From: Dendrobates tinctorius
Lineage: Eukaryota
Assembly (NCBI RefSeq): GCF_039654945.1
Contig: NW_027361674.1
Location: forward strand, 3,162,001 to 3,226,000
Direction: 5' to 3'
DNA length: 64,000 nucleotides
Part shown: positions 48,664-62,181 of the stretch, piece by piece
Layout: each line of letters starts with the position of its first letter
Numbering within the stretch: the first letter of the stretch is position 1
Translations under genes and position numbers: made by a program
Notes under the pieces: model-generated
What the model was told of the DNA's origin: nothing
Databases searched by the model: none
What the model saw: the letters and a program-made list of their open reading frames with translations, nothing else

Positions 48664-50002
48664 ACCACATTCTGCTCTGAAAACTCTACAAAAATGTCTC
48701 CGTGCATATCCAAAAACTTGCTCTGAACACTCACTATCAAAGCGTCAACCTCTGACGTTTGTGTCTTCAATATCCTAAGATGGAAGTGAAAATGCCTTCC
48801 ATGCACAGTTCTCTCTTCCTTCTCTCAGGAGGGACTCCATGTGATGAGGGAGAAGATGGTGTGTGATGTGATCGCTGGAGTAATCTGATAATGTGTATTA
48901 TCCTCTACGGATCACAACATGCAGTGTGCATACTCCAACCCCATTAAGTGAGCAAAGAAAAATATGTTGATATATTAAAAAAAAAATTTTTTTCAAAAAA
49001 TCGCCTTAAAGTGCCAGCCACTAGGGGTTCACTTTTTTTTGTCTAATTTGCTGCCTGCTGTCGAGTGTAATCTGTCCAGCAGCCGAGACTGATTACTAGA
49101 AGTCTGGATGGGGCTTTGTCTCTCTGCTTCTGCTTTTCTTGCTGCATACAGCTATAGCAGAGAGATATAGGGCAGGCGAGTCATTGAATATCACAGCTTG
49201 CTGGAAAGTGAGCGATAAGAATGTCCAGCACACATAGTGCTGGTAGAGTATTGACTATGGAACTGTTCATTTTAATGCTGTAGACGGTTAGTTATAAAGT
49301 GTGAATTGGAATCCTTCATACACCTTGATATTGAATTTATTTTAAGGCCGACTCAAGCGATGTAAGGTTTGCGGCAGGACGAGGATCGTGATTAGTAATC
49401 ACTGCCGACTTCCTACCTGATTCGACATGTTCCAGGGTACATTTCCCTCAGTCTGGCCATTGTATTGTCCTCCAGAACAAACCTGACTGGAGAACACTGT
49501 CGTAAGCAGTCTGTTGCCAAATGGCTCAAGGGATCGTTTTCAGTTTTTCCGGTTTTCTGTTTCCCCCTCCCTGGGTCACCCTCGCAGAACATAGGTCGCC
49601 GCCAGTGATGATTGGCACAGACCAGTTATAGTTGGTTCATTGATTACTGGGAAATGTGATACTGTAACGTGAGGAGAAAGGTTATTGCTCGCTAGAAATG
49701 GGACTTGAGCGTCTCTCAATAAGTCACGTGAATGTGTACGGGATAGTGTCCCAGAACTCGCTTTACATCACCGAGAGGATTACGGCTGTTTACCTCAGTC
49801 GGTGCCACTTTAAAATAAAAATCCTTTTTTTACTGAATTCCGCTGTAGTGTTTTGTAGTCGTAGTCAGCCAGGCTGCTCTACCCAGCAGAAAAGGTGAAG
49901 TGATGGGCTGGTGTGGCCCATGTCAGTAGATTGGGAGCCTATGGGTGTGCATGCATCTCCCGATACATTAAGGAATGGTTATCGCCAGAAGGCTTCTGAT
50001 TA

Positions 50003-50486
50003 GGCCTCTTTCACACTTCAGTTTTTTGTCATCAGTTAAAATCCGCCAAAATGGTGGAAAGCGGGTCCGTTGTTAACTGAAGTGAACGAATGTCAGCGGT
50101 CCGGTATTTTGACGGATCCGTTGGCTGAAGAATTTTAAAGGAACCGCAGTCCGGGGACGAGAGAGAGAGAGACATTTTTTTTCCACCGCCAGAAAGGATT
50201 TCAGGGTTAAATTCCCGGCTGACTTCCTTTCTCTGGGCATGCGCACTGGAAAATGCGGATCCTACAGCAAAAAAAACGTTGCAGGGTCCGTCCAGGCATG
50301 CCGGCGGACGCAAACATTTTGGCGGATCCGCAAAAAAAACGGATCCAACGGATGGCCATCCGTCAAGATCCGCCGGTAATGCAACTCAATGGGGGAAAAA
50401 ACGGATCCGCCAAAAAAAATGGCGGATCCGTTTTTTTCTAAAACTGACGGATTTTGACGGTCAAAAATGGAAGTGTGAAAGAGGCC
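50003..50486. mobile_element. Harbinger-like MITE
   Basis: TTA|GGCCTCTTTCACACTTC ... GAAGTGTGAAAGAGGCC|TTA. Confidence 0.8.
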
Positions 50487-53348
50487 TTAGCGGAAACCTG
50501 CAACCTGCACCAGTCAGAACGGGGCACTTCCATCCACCTCGTAATGGAGCAGCGGGGGCAGCTGAGTGCTGTGCTTGGCTTTTTCTGGCAGCCCCATAGA
50601 GAATGAATGGTGCTGCCATCAAATAATGGGTCATGTTAGGACGGGGCTTTTATTAGGATGGTCCAACGATGGCTCATGAGGCCAAAAACAAGAGCGTTGG
50701 CAGTGTATTATTTCAGGGTTGCCATCCGAAACAAAAGTGTTTGGTGCAGTGTGTATTTCTAGGGCAGGGGTCCGCAACCTCTGGCAATGCAGCTGGGGTG
50801 GATCTAGTATTCGCCAGAGGATACTGACCCTCCCAGCTGAACCTCTGTCTCCGCGACTCCACAGCCTGGCCTTCCATAGAGTGTAGGATACTCTGCACCT
50901 TCCATTGTGACGTCACAGCTGAAATGTTGCTCCTGAGAGTTAGGAATCTGCAATGTCGTGGCGGAGGTATTGCCAGTGTGCTGCCCCTGATTATTTCACC
51001 GCTCAATAAACGCAGCCATGCTTTTTGCTGAGGCTTTTTCTTGCCTTTTCTATAAGGGCTTCGTCCCTCCCTCGCTGGCGCTTATGTGCTGGTGACCTAA
51101 ATCTGTCGTTCTTCTCATGAAGGCCAGTGATTCAGTTCTCCCTTGACCTCCGCAGTTGGCAATGACCATGTTTAATTAGGCTATAAATCCAAAAATAATA
51201 GGTCGGCGGGTGATGGCCGAGTGCCGTCCTGTCCTAGCAATGTGGACATTCTCTCCCACTGCAGATCTTGCTTTCTGGTAATGGAGCCACACTTCTATAG
51301 CTGGAAATGTAGCTACGAGACTGGTTTTGATACCAGTGTAAGCCACCGACTACTTTCTCTACTTCAAATACTAAATGTGTTAGTTATTTTCTGTTGCGTT
51401 TGTTTTTTTTGTTTTTTTTATGGCAAAACCAGTACCAGCAAAAGCAATGATTTCAGAAATCTTGTGCACTCAATTTTTTTTTTTTTTTCCTGGATTTAAA
51501 TTTGAGCGTTGCAGCATTTTTCCAGATCTTCAGCAAATAATAAAAACAAAAAAAAAAAACAAGCTTGCTATTAGGAACGACTTCTTTTGGGGATTTTTTT
51601 TTTTTCTTCCTTATTTCTTTTGTATATTTTTCTTTGCTTTTATTCTTAAAAATAGAGTAAAAAAGAGAATCCTTCTTTTTTAAATTTTATTTTTGAGCCT
51701 TAATTCTATGAGTTCATGAATTGTGTAGAAGCGGCTCTAGTTCAGCACTTTGGCCTTCCCTGTTCTCCCTCTTTCCTATAGCACGACTGCTGCTGAGCCG
51801 GCAATAAAGAAATCCCGTTCTGCTTTATCAGCCTCCGGCCATCATGACCTCTGTCTTCTCATCCCTCGCAGTGATTGATATGTGATGCCCCCCAGAGGTT
51901 AATTCAAAATGACCATCGATCCCTGTTAATCAGCGCCCGGTCTGCTGTCACACTGTGCACAGACCCCTTTCCAGTAAGCCATCCTGGATCAGATAGTGCG
52001 CCCGTATACAGAGGAGCGATGACTGGCACTGTACATGGAGATGCATGAATAATAGATGCCAGCGGTTTGTACGGTTTAGTTTCCCAGCACGTGGCGGTCT
52101 TTGTTCCAGATATTGATGCTTGAGGATTGTGCTTCTGCATAATTGGGCCGATCGGCAATCTTGAAGACCCAGAGAATTTCTATGGAAGCTCTCGCTCGGG
52201 ATACTGGTTTTGCTTTTTCAGCAAAGTCTACACTGAAGAGGAAAGTGTGCCGGGTTTATAGGCACGATATATACCGTATCTATTTTATATGCTGCCTTAA
52301 TACTGGCAGGATTCATAGAGGAGGGGAAGATGGCGCTGCTTTACAGATACTGTCACAGCAGTCTAGTCTACGAGCCCGGCTACGTTGGTCTCGTGTTTGG
52401 GGGCTTTAAAGGAGTCGTCAATCTTCGGGGACAATTTTCTTTTCATAAATGCATGCATTTTGGGCTAAAAAATAATTTTTTAAATCAGGTTTCATTAAAA
52501 TGTTTGCACCTATGGGGGGGCTTTAAAGGAATGATCAGTTTTCAGTTTCATAAACATGTCCCTCCTTCTTGAGCTTCCTTCAGCTGACTGATGACCACAG
52601 ACCACATCAAAGTTGAAGGTTCAGGGAAACTAAACAATGCAAAATTGTTAGTGAAACCTAATTGCAAAAATGGCATTTAACCCCTTAAGGACCAAGCCAT
52701 TTTGTAGGTTAATGACCAGGCCTTTGAATTCTGACCAGTGTCACTTTGTGTTTATAACTCTGGAACGCTTCAACGGATCCCAGTGATTCTGAGATTGTGT
52801 TTTTTTTTTTTTGTTTGTTTGTTTTTTTTTGTTTTTTCGTGACACATTGTACTTTGATAGTGGTAAAATTTCTTCAAAATGTATTGTTTATTTGTGGAAA
52901 AAATGTAAATTTGGAAAATTTACATGAAAACTCCTTCCCAGAAAACACGCGGTTTTTCGCGCGGTTTTTATGCGCGTCCCCAGTCTCATAGAAAATAGCT
53001 AAAAACGCGGACTTTTCCGTAAAATTAATGCTCATGCTGCGTTTTTTACCGCGATGCGTTTTTTTCGCGGAAAATTGCATCAATATGCACAAAGTGCAGA
53101 ATGCATTAAAATGAATTGGATGCTTCTTTTAAGCAATTTTTAAGTGTTTTTGCCGGTAAAAACGCATAAACGTGAAAAAAAACCGCTTACGTGGGCACAC
53201 AGCCTCAAGGTGCTCAAAACCACATTCAAGAAATGTATTAACCCTTCAGGTGCTTCACAAGAATTGAAGCAATGTGGAAGGAAAAAAATGCACATTTTAA
53301 GCTTTTTTTTTTTTTTTTTTTTTTTTCCACAAAAATTTTACTTCGGAC

Positions 53349-53986
53349 CAGGGCTGTGGAGTCGGTAAGCCAAACCTGCGACTCCGACTCCTCAATTTCC
53401 CTTACACCGACTCCGACTCCACGACTCCGACTCCCACATATATTGCTTATATTTAAGTGAAAAATTTATTGTAGTACAATGTGAACCTCAGACATTTAAT
53501 CATTTTTTATGATCCAATAATCAAGATATTTAGATAGAACAGAATATATATTGGTGTACTACCCGGTTTTCATTCTTTTTGGTACAGATACGATATGGAT
53601 AGACAGATATGGATAAATGGATAGAGCAGATTTCTAATCTGCTTTTGCTATTGAGTAACATTATCTATGAGCTCAAAAACCTTTCAGGTGATGCAGTTTT
53701 TTAAAAAGATGATCAGCTTTTGCAGCGGAAAAACGTATCCTCAAAAAACACAGGAAAAACGCTGTGCGTGAATGTAGCCTTAGATCAGGAATAGAACAGC
53801 CATTTATAGAACATTTCATAACTTTCCCAAACTCCTATGAAAAAATATTCAGCACATTCTGCATTGAACTACTGTACCCAATTTATTATATATTTTAGGA
53901 GTCGGTCCATTTTATACCGACTCCAACTCCGACTCCACCAAAATGAGCACCGACTCCGACTCCACGACTCCGACTCCACAGCCCTG
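53349..53986. mobile_element. hAT-like MITE
   Basis: 17-bp TIR CAGGGCTGTGGAGTCGG, 8-bp TSD CTTCGGAC and subterminal (CGACTC)n repeats. Confidence 0.9.
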
Positions 53987-54343
53987 CTTCGGACACAATT
54001 TTTTTTTATTTTATCAAGGGTAACAGAAGACAATGGAGCCCAAAAACTGTTGTGCAATTTCTCTTGAGTACTCCAATACCCCATAGGTGGAGGAAGACCG
54101 CTGTTTGGGCACATGGCAAGGCTCGGAAGGGATCGAGCACTGTTTCAAGTTTTGAATGCAAAATTGGCTGGAATTGAGAGCGGACACCATGTCATGTTTG
54201 GAGAACCTCTGATGTGCCTAAACAGTGGAAACCCCCCTCAAGTGACACCATTTTGGAAACTATACCCCCCAAGGAACTTATCTAGATGTGTGGTGAGAAT
54301 CTTGAACCACCAGGTGTTTTACAGAAGTTTATAGCCGAGCTAA

Positions 54344-54804
54344 GGCTACTTTCACATTAGCGTTTTTTAGCGCTGCGCTTCGTGCACAATAGCAACATAT
54401 ACAAAAAACGCATCATGCGTTTTGCATGCTTTTGCCGTTTTTAGGCACCTGCGTTTTAACCAGTTTCTAGCCATGTTAACTCTTAAAACGCATGCAATTT
54501 CAAACGCAGGCGTGCGCATGTCCATGTGCACGCCTGCGTTCCCATAGACTGTAATGTGTTATTTTGTCGCATTCCCTGCGCAAGCGTGTTTTTTTTTTGT
54601 TTTTTTTTTTTACGCCGATGGATGGACCCAAAAATGCAACAGGTTGCGTAAGGCGCGCCTAGGCGCACACTACAAAAAAAGCATGTGCATGAAAACGCAC
54701 ATGAACGCGTGGAAACGCTAGATCATGCGCCCGCCATGTTAAACGTAGGGGAGCAAGGACGCGCACGATGCACTGCGCTAAAAAATGCTAATGTGAAACC
54801 AGCC
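54344..54804. mobile_element. Harbinger-like MITE (uninterrupted relative of 3729-6485)
   Basis: TAA|GGCTACTTTCACATTAGC ... GCTAATGTGAAACCAGCC|TAA. Confidence 0.85.
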
Positions 54805-55025
54805 TAAGAAAATTAGAAAAAAAACCCACATTTTTCCCCGCAAAATTTCTTTTAGCCCCAAACTTATTTTCTCACGGGTAACAGGAGAAAATTAACCCCA
54901 AAATTTGTTGTGCAATATCTCCTGAGTGTGCCAATACCCGATATGTGGGTGAAAACTACTATTGAGGCACAGTGCAAAGCTCAAAAGGGAAGGAGCGCCA
55001 TATTATAGTGGATATTTTACTATTA

Positions 55026-55926
55026 GGCTATGTGCCCACGTAGCGTTTAAATCCGGACACTGAAAACCGGACTCCTTCCCAGAAATCGCGCGGTTTTTTC
55101 CACGCGATCTTACCGCGATTATGTTCGATTTTGCCTCGATTTTCGCGTGCTATATTCAAGCACTTTCCAAGCGATTTGAAGCATCGCTTGGAAAGTGATT
55201 GACAGGTTGGTCACACTCGTCAAACAGTGTTTGACAAGTGTGACCAGGTTTTTACTATTGAGGCCGCCTATGCGGCATCAATAGTAAAAGAATGTAAAAA
55301 ATAAAAAATCGGGGTATATTTACCTTCCGACATCCCGGGCCTCAGTGTTCCCAGTAATGCCTTGCGAGACCTGTGATGACGTTGGTCTCGCGTTGCTATA
55401 GTGATCTCACGAGACCACTAGAGTCACGCGAGACTACGTCATTACAGGACCTTGCCGCAAGGCATTACTGGGAACGCTAGGCCGGGAATGCAGCGCAGAA
55501 CGTCGGAAGGTAAATATACCCCTTTTTTTTTTTAATTTTTTTTTTTTTTTTTTTTTTTTTTACAGGGGTATGGTACCCAGGGCCTGGAGGACAGTCTCCT
55601 CTCCTCCACACCGTGGGTACCAACCGCACATGAGACGCTTAACTTTGCGCATGGTGGGCATAGCCACATGCGGGAAGTAAGCGATTCTCATGCATTCCTA
55701 TGGGTGCGGAATCGCGGCAATTCTTTGCAATTCCGCACAAACGAATGAGCATGTTGCGATTTTTCTTCCGCGATGCGATTCCGCCGCGGAAAAGCGCAGC
55801 ATGAGCACAGCATGTGCGGAATGCCATAGGAATGCATGGGGTGCGTTCTGTACAAGATTTTTAAACATTTTCGCGCCGAAAATCGTGGCAAAAAACGCTT
55901 AAAAATCGCATCGTGGGCACACAGCC
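55026..55926. mobile_element. Harbinger-like element of about 0.9 kb, copy 3 (reverse of copy 2)
   Basis: TTA|GGCTATGTGCCCACG ... CGTGGGCACACAGCC|TTA. Confidence 0.85.
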
Positions 55927-56148
55927 TTATGGTTTGAGGGTGCCATGACCCACTGGGAGTGCCCCTGAGGTGCTAGAACAGTAGAACGCCCAATATGTCA
56001 CCCCATTTTACAAACTACAGAGTGAATTAATCTAGGGGTGTAATGATCATATTGATACCACTGGTGTGTCACAGAACTTTATACCATTGGGCAGTGAAGG
56101 AAAAATTACATTTTTACCATACAAATTTTGTTTCAGCCCCAGATTGAA

Positions 56149-57268
56149 CCCCTTAGTGACGGGGCCAATTTTTTAAATTCTGACCAGTGTCACTTTATGG
56201 CAGTAACTCTGGAATTCTTCAACATATCCCAGTGATTTTGAGATTGTTTTTTCGTAGCACATTATAATTTATGATAATGGTAAATTTAGGTTGATATGGT
56301 TTTGTGTTTATTCATAAAAAAAAATATCAAACTTGACAAATGTAAAAAATTGCAATTTTCCCGTCTCCCATGACAGCACACATGAGTATAAAGGTGCCGT
56401 CATGGGCTCTGCAATACCGGCTACTGGTAAGTAACCTTAGTGTTTTCCTGTCTCCCATGACGGCACCTGTATACTCATGTGTGCCGTCATGGGCTCCGGA
56501 AAAACCAGCTACCGGTAAGTAACCTTGGTGTTTTCAAACTTTGAATGATTATCCCTTTAATCCAGATAGTCGTACTACAGAAAAACATTAATAAGTAACA
56601 TTTCCCACATGTCTGCCTTACATCAGCACCATTTTTAAAATGCTAACTTATTTTGTTAGCCTTTTAGGAGGTTTAAAAATGTAGCAATAATTTTTCATTT
56701 TTTCAAGGAAATTTACAAAAAAATTTGAGTGACCTATCCCAGTTTGAAGTGACTTTAGGGGTCCTATATATTGGAAAACCCCAAAAGTGATACCATTTTT
56801 AAAAACAGCACCCCCTGACATATTAAAAACTGCTGTCAGGTAGTTTATTAACCCTTCAGGTGATTTTCAGGAATTAATGCAAAGTGGCATAGCAGGAATG
56901 AAAGTGTTTGTTTACCACCTAAATGTCGCTAACTTCTGAACTGACCACTATATTCGGGAGACTCTAATGCCGCTATTTGGCCATGAACTGCCATAGCAAA
57001 CATCAGGACCACACTATCATGCTCTGTGTTTTCAATTAGATTAATGCGAAAGCTGCCACAATCTATTAACCATTTATTTGATGTGGTCACTTTTGACAGC
57101 AGCAAATAAGGGGTTAAACAGATATGGATGGTGCCAACACCAATCGTTTGTGATACAGCAAGTTGTCAGCTATAGTGTACAGCCCACAGCTGCTGGATTG
57201 TCACCTGTATGGGGATTAAATTCTCTATCTCAGGTCAGTAAAAAGACGTATTGGCTGTCATTAAGGGG
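56149..57268. mobile_element. Nested piggyBac-like MITE
   Basis: TGAA|CCCCTTAGTGAC ... GTCATTAAGGGG|TTAA. Confidence 0.65.
56356..56535 (+). repeat. Tandem dimer of an 87-88 bp hairpin unit with DIRS-like ends
   Basis: Units 56356-56442 and 56443-56530, each bounded by TTTTC. Confidence 0.7.
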
Positions 57269-60200
57269 TTAACATTTTCACACAAGAAGTGGGTAAAATT
57301 GGCACCAGAATTTGTCCCATTGAATATAGAAATACACCATATGTGGCTGTACAGTACCACTTAGCCATACGGAGAGTCTCGGTAGGAATGGAGCGCTATT
57401 TGCCTCCTGGAGTGCATATTTTCCTGAAATAGGTTGCGGGCTCCATATGCAGGGCACCGTAAGTGCTAGAGAGCAGAATCCCCCCCCCCCCCCCCCCCCC
57501 GTGTGGCCCCATTTTGGAAATTATATCCCTGCCAAATGTGAATGCTAAAGGTGGTTTATGCACACTGGGGCCCAGAAGGGAGCGCAGAATTCACTGAATT
57601 TCTTTTTGGGGGCAATGAGCCATTTTGATTTTCCAGACCGTTTGTGCTACCAGTGGCGTGGAAGTCTCCTATATTTCTGTTAATAGATGACGGACCTGAG
57701 TGAGACTTGCTTTTTTTTTTTTTGAGTTGAAGTTTTATTGGGAACATAACGTTTTGGATCACATTTATCTGGTGCTCTACGCTGAGCACGTAGCTTGGGG
57801 TTTCCATCTAAATCTCCAAGCTACATGACAAATGAAAATCCCAATGGATCCATTCACTATAATAAGGCAGCAGAGTTACTCTGGACACTGTCTGGCCTCT
57901 GTTCAGAGTTGTCCTTCCTTTCAGAGATGCACAAAACTATGGTGGACCGTGTTTTTATGCACGCCGAAAAACACTGACACCGCCGGATCACAGATCCTAT
58001 GGCGTCCACAGTGCCTCCACATCTGTCTCATTATAGGGAATCATCCGCTGGTAGTTCTATCTGAATCGCATATTTCAGAGATTTACACAGAAACCCCGGT
58101 ATAAGCGCTCAGTGTAGTGCACAGGATAAATGTGCACCGAGCAAATCCAGACCAGGTGAACTGGCTTTATTTATTTTTTACGCCGTTCCTCGTGCAGTAT
58201 AAGTGATTAGACTACTTTATTCTTCGGGTCAGTGCAATTACAGCGATACCCGATTTATATCCATTTTTAATCTTTGGCTGCTGTCATATACTAAAAGACT
58301 TTTTTTGGCAAGAAGTTTATACATCGCCATATTTTGATAGCTATAATTGTCCATATTTCGTCCCACAGTCATGTGAGGGCTTGGTTTTTGGTGGGACAAG
58401 CTTTTTTTTTTTTGTGTGTTTTTTTTTTTTTTTTTTGTTTGTTTTTTTGTTTTCGGGGACATGATTGATTTTTTTTTTTTTTTTTTTATACCTTGATTGC
58501 TTTCTATTCTGATTTTTGTGGAGGCAGAATGAACAAAAACCATCAATTCAGGAATTTTTAATTTTTTTTTTCCCTCCGTTTTGGGTGTGGTAAAATTGAC
58601 AAGGCAGTTTTATTCTTCGGGTCAGTACGATTAGAGCGATACTGCATTTATATATTTTTTTTTTTTTTTGCTTTGGTGCTTTTACACAATAAAAACTTTT
58701 ATAGAAAATTATTTTTGCATTGCTTTATTCTAAGAGCTATAACTTTTATGTTTCCACTGACTGAGCTTTATGGCGGCTTGTTTTTTGCGGGACAAGATGG
58801 CATTTTCAGTGATACCATTTTTATTTACATTCGTCTTTTTGATCGCATTTTATTCCACTTTTTCCAAGCGGTATGCTAAAGCATTGTTTGCTACTCGAAC
58901 GCAGCATTTAGGAGGTTAACAGCCAGGGGCAGGAAGTGCTGATATTTCAGCATCTCCTGCGCGATCATGCTGCGATCGGTCAGTCAGATTGACTGATCAC
59001 AGCGATCTGGGTGCGGGCACCGACAGCATGCCTCTCAGACAGCTGTCGGCACTGAATTGTCACTACTTGTTTACACGCAGTGACAGTTTAAATGCATGAT
59101 GGATGCAGTCCGTCCTGGTGCGACTGGTTTGTGACATTATAGGATTAGTTCACAGCTTTGTTAAAAGTAAATTTAAAGTTATAGTGACTTCCTCACAGTA
59201 GGTCATAACTTAGAAACAAGCTCACACACTACTGTGTCATCACAATATAGAATACAGCCTATAAATGTGGCGTGATAATCTCACCACTATGACATCGGTG
59301 TAATAAAAACGTAACTGCACCACAAGTTGACAAAGATAAAAACAGAGTGACACTAGGTTCACTTCATCGTAACAAATCAAAACCACGTAATGACCTCACA
59401 GACAAGTGTGACCTCAAAAGACGTGACCACCTGACTCGATGGATCACCTCCTAAAAGTGATCAAACATGATTGAGACATCAGAATAGAACAAAGCCTATA
59501 AAAGAAGCCACACCCAGTCATGATGCCATCACAATTTAACACAGCCTATAAATAAACAAGCCAAAATGCCTTTTGTGGTCTTGAAGCCTGGTATCTTTGC
59601 CCTTGAGTTCCAAAGTCACTGGTCCTTAGCCCTTGGCATCTACAATAAAATAAGTGACCTGTTTTTAGTGTTTTTTTTTTCCACTTGTTTGTAGCAGTCT
59701 TGACCAATGTATCTCTGGGGTCCTGGCAAGCCATACAATACGGGAAGTCTTTATCTTTTTGTATGTTTCCTATGTAAATGCATATTCTGTAGGAGACTTC
59801 TTCTTTTGGTTTCCAGAGCACCCATTTCCTTAATACTTTCTGGTTTCCTATTGCAAAATTTTACATAGGGTACATGAGCCATAATGGGGAGGTCTGTTTT
59901 ACGAGAATCTTAATTCCTTGACGGGTGTCCTCCCAGCGTCTTGTGACTCCTCTTTTGTTTTGTTTTTTTTATTTGCCATTTTCTTTGATATTTTTTTTTT
60001 TTTTTTTTTTTTGTTTTAGTGGTTTGGAGCCACAGACTTCACTTTTGCCGTCACTTTGTAAAAAATAAATTTGCACAGTTCAGCTTTAGCTTTTCCTTTT
60101 GATCGTTTAGTACACTAACTGCTGAAAAGGGGAGGAAAAAAATTCTAGAGGGGTGGAATATTGTCTTTCAAATTAATAGTGACCCCTTTTGGAAGGCTCC

Positions 60201-60940
60201 AAATAACATTACTTGATTTACTGGTGCGTTTAAGAAAAAAAAAAATGGGCCGGAGGGTGCGATATCTCAGCTTCTGTTTCCCCAAAGATAAGATAATGTG
60301 CAGAATTGGCAGTATTTATTCTGGTTGGCATACAAATTGGATCTTCAGAAGAAAGCATTCTTCCTCGTGCCACGTTTCAGCCACCCTCTTAGTCTCTTCT
60401 GACTAAAAAAAATAAAATAATTCCACATTTCACCTGTCTTTGATCAGTGTCTTGTCCATTTTTGTGAATGGGGGCTAAAAAAATCCTGAGATTTCTCAAG
60501 CTTTTCATATCAAACCGGCCGTGAAAAAATGGAGAGCACACAGATGGCCTCAGAGTGCTGTCCAAAGTTTTCACAGACCCATAGACTTGCACTGACAATT
60601 TTGATCTGAGAATCTGATCAAGATTGGATGTGAGTCTGTGATTTTGTCTTCCTCAGTGGGGGCAATGTGTGACCGCTGCATGGGGCAGGACTTATGGACC
60701 CACCAAAAGTCTTCTCTATTAACACGTTTAGTGCCCAGTCCCTACTGTAGCTTAGTCCACCCTCGTCCATGTCTGACGCAAGGAGTTGTTTGTGCTTACT
60801 AGAATCAAAGTTAATGGACGTGTCGACGATTTTTGGTGAAGGAATAACGTTTTATTTTTGCAATTTTTACATCGGGCTTAGATTGGGTTTGATACATTCT
60901 GGCTCAGTTCTGACTCTCCGGCATTCTCATGTTTTGCAGA

Positions 60941-61201
60941 ATGTATGACAACATGTCCACGATGGTGTTTCTGAAGGAAGACAAGTTGGAGAAACTCACC
61001 CAAGATGAGATCATTTCTAAGACCAAGCAGGTGATCCAAGGATTGGAGGCCTTGAAAAACGAGCACAACTCCATCCTCCAGAGCTTGCTGGAAACACTGA
61101 AGTGCTTGAAAAAGGATGACGAGAGCAACTTGGTGGAAGAGAAATCCAACATGATCCGCAAGTCTTTGGAGATGCTGGAGCTGGGGTTAAGTGAAGCACA
61201 G
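60941..61201 (+). CDS. KLC1: Kinesin light chain 1, first coding exon (87 aa); the gene continues beyond the window
   Basis: ttttgcag|A ATG TAT GAC AAC ATG...GCA CAG|gtaatt; MYDNMSTMVFLKEDKLEKLTQDEIISKTKQVIQGLEALKNEHNSIL...LGLSEAQ is the KLC1 N-terminus. Confidence 0.96.
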
Positions 61202-62181
61202 GTAATTGCACGGTACACCGCCCTGCTGCTCATCAGGGAATGTGTCACCATGTAGCAGCTGGCGGGTCACACAACCAGTTTTACAGATTTGTGCACGCTC
61301 CTGAAATATCTTAGGCTTGCGTCATCCCGTGTGTTTAGCCCAAAAATGTTACATGGTTTGCGTTCAACTTTTGAGACTATATCTGTCTGTCCAATAAACA
61401 TACCCCCTATTTACAGGATAGGTGATAAAGGTGTGATTCCAGAGGGTCCAATGACAGGTCCCAAAACCATTGTGTGAATGGAGCGGCAGTGAACATGTGC
61501 AAAGTGTTGGTCGCATAGGCTCGCTACTGCTCCATTCACACAGGGGATGTTGGGACTCTCATCAGCTGAATTTTCCCCAATTAATCCCACGTTTTATCAA
61601 CTCTGGATAAGTGATAGATGCTTAAATGCCTAAAGTGGGATATTTTAGAGCATGCAGTACTCAGACAAGGAGAGCTGTTTGCAGGATCATCATAAAGAAA
61701 ATGGGTAATGGGTAGCTTGTGGGGATTTCAGAGATCAGGACCCTGTCTGTTTAGACATAGGTTGCACTAGGCTATCCCCATCTACAGTGCGCACACAGGA
61801 TTAAAGGGGTGTCTGATAAAGATGTCTGCTTGGAGAAAGGCTGTTAAAGGTGGACTTAACATATATGTGGTCAGCCATTCATGAATAGACAAGGTCCAGC
61901 TAGATCAGTAGATGTTGGTCTCCGCTTTGGGACCCTCGCCTATCTTGGATGAGGATCTGGGCACCCTTGTCAATTTTCAGAGCTCAGATAGAAATGGACT
62001 GAGAGAACCATCCTCTCCGTTCCTGGCAGCGCGCGTCGAGGCTCTATCTTGGAGATGGATGCAGGCCCCAGCGGTGGCATATCTATATATTAATTTGGAA
62101 GTAGCTACAAACTACATCTCCACTGTACTGAAGTCAGGAAAGATGCAACTTTTCCTGATGCAGTGATTCTCCTTTCTTTAC

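Larger units (their letters stand above)
52681..59120. mobile_element. Composite non-autonomous TTAA-specific (piggyBac-like) element carrying several nested insertions
   Basis: Left end TTAA|CCCCTTAAGGACC; internal blocks recur in the nested copy at 56149-57268; the right end is not clearly identified. Confidence 0.45.

Noticed and set aside
60929-61255. Track ORF as a complete 108-aa protein
   Set aside because: Includes intronic codons on both sides; the real exon is bounded by AG at 60938-60939 and GT at 61202-61203.
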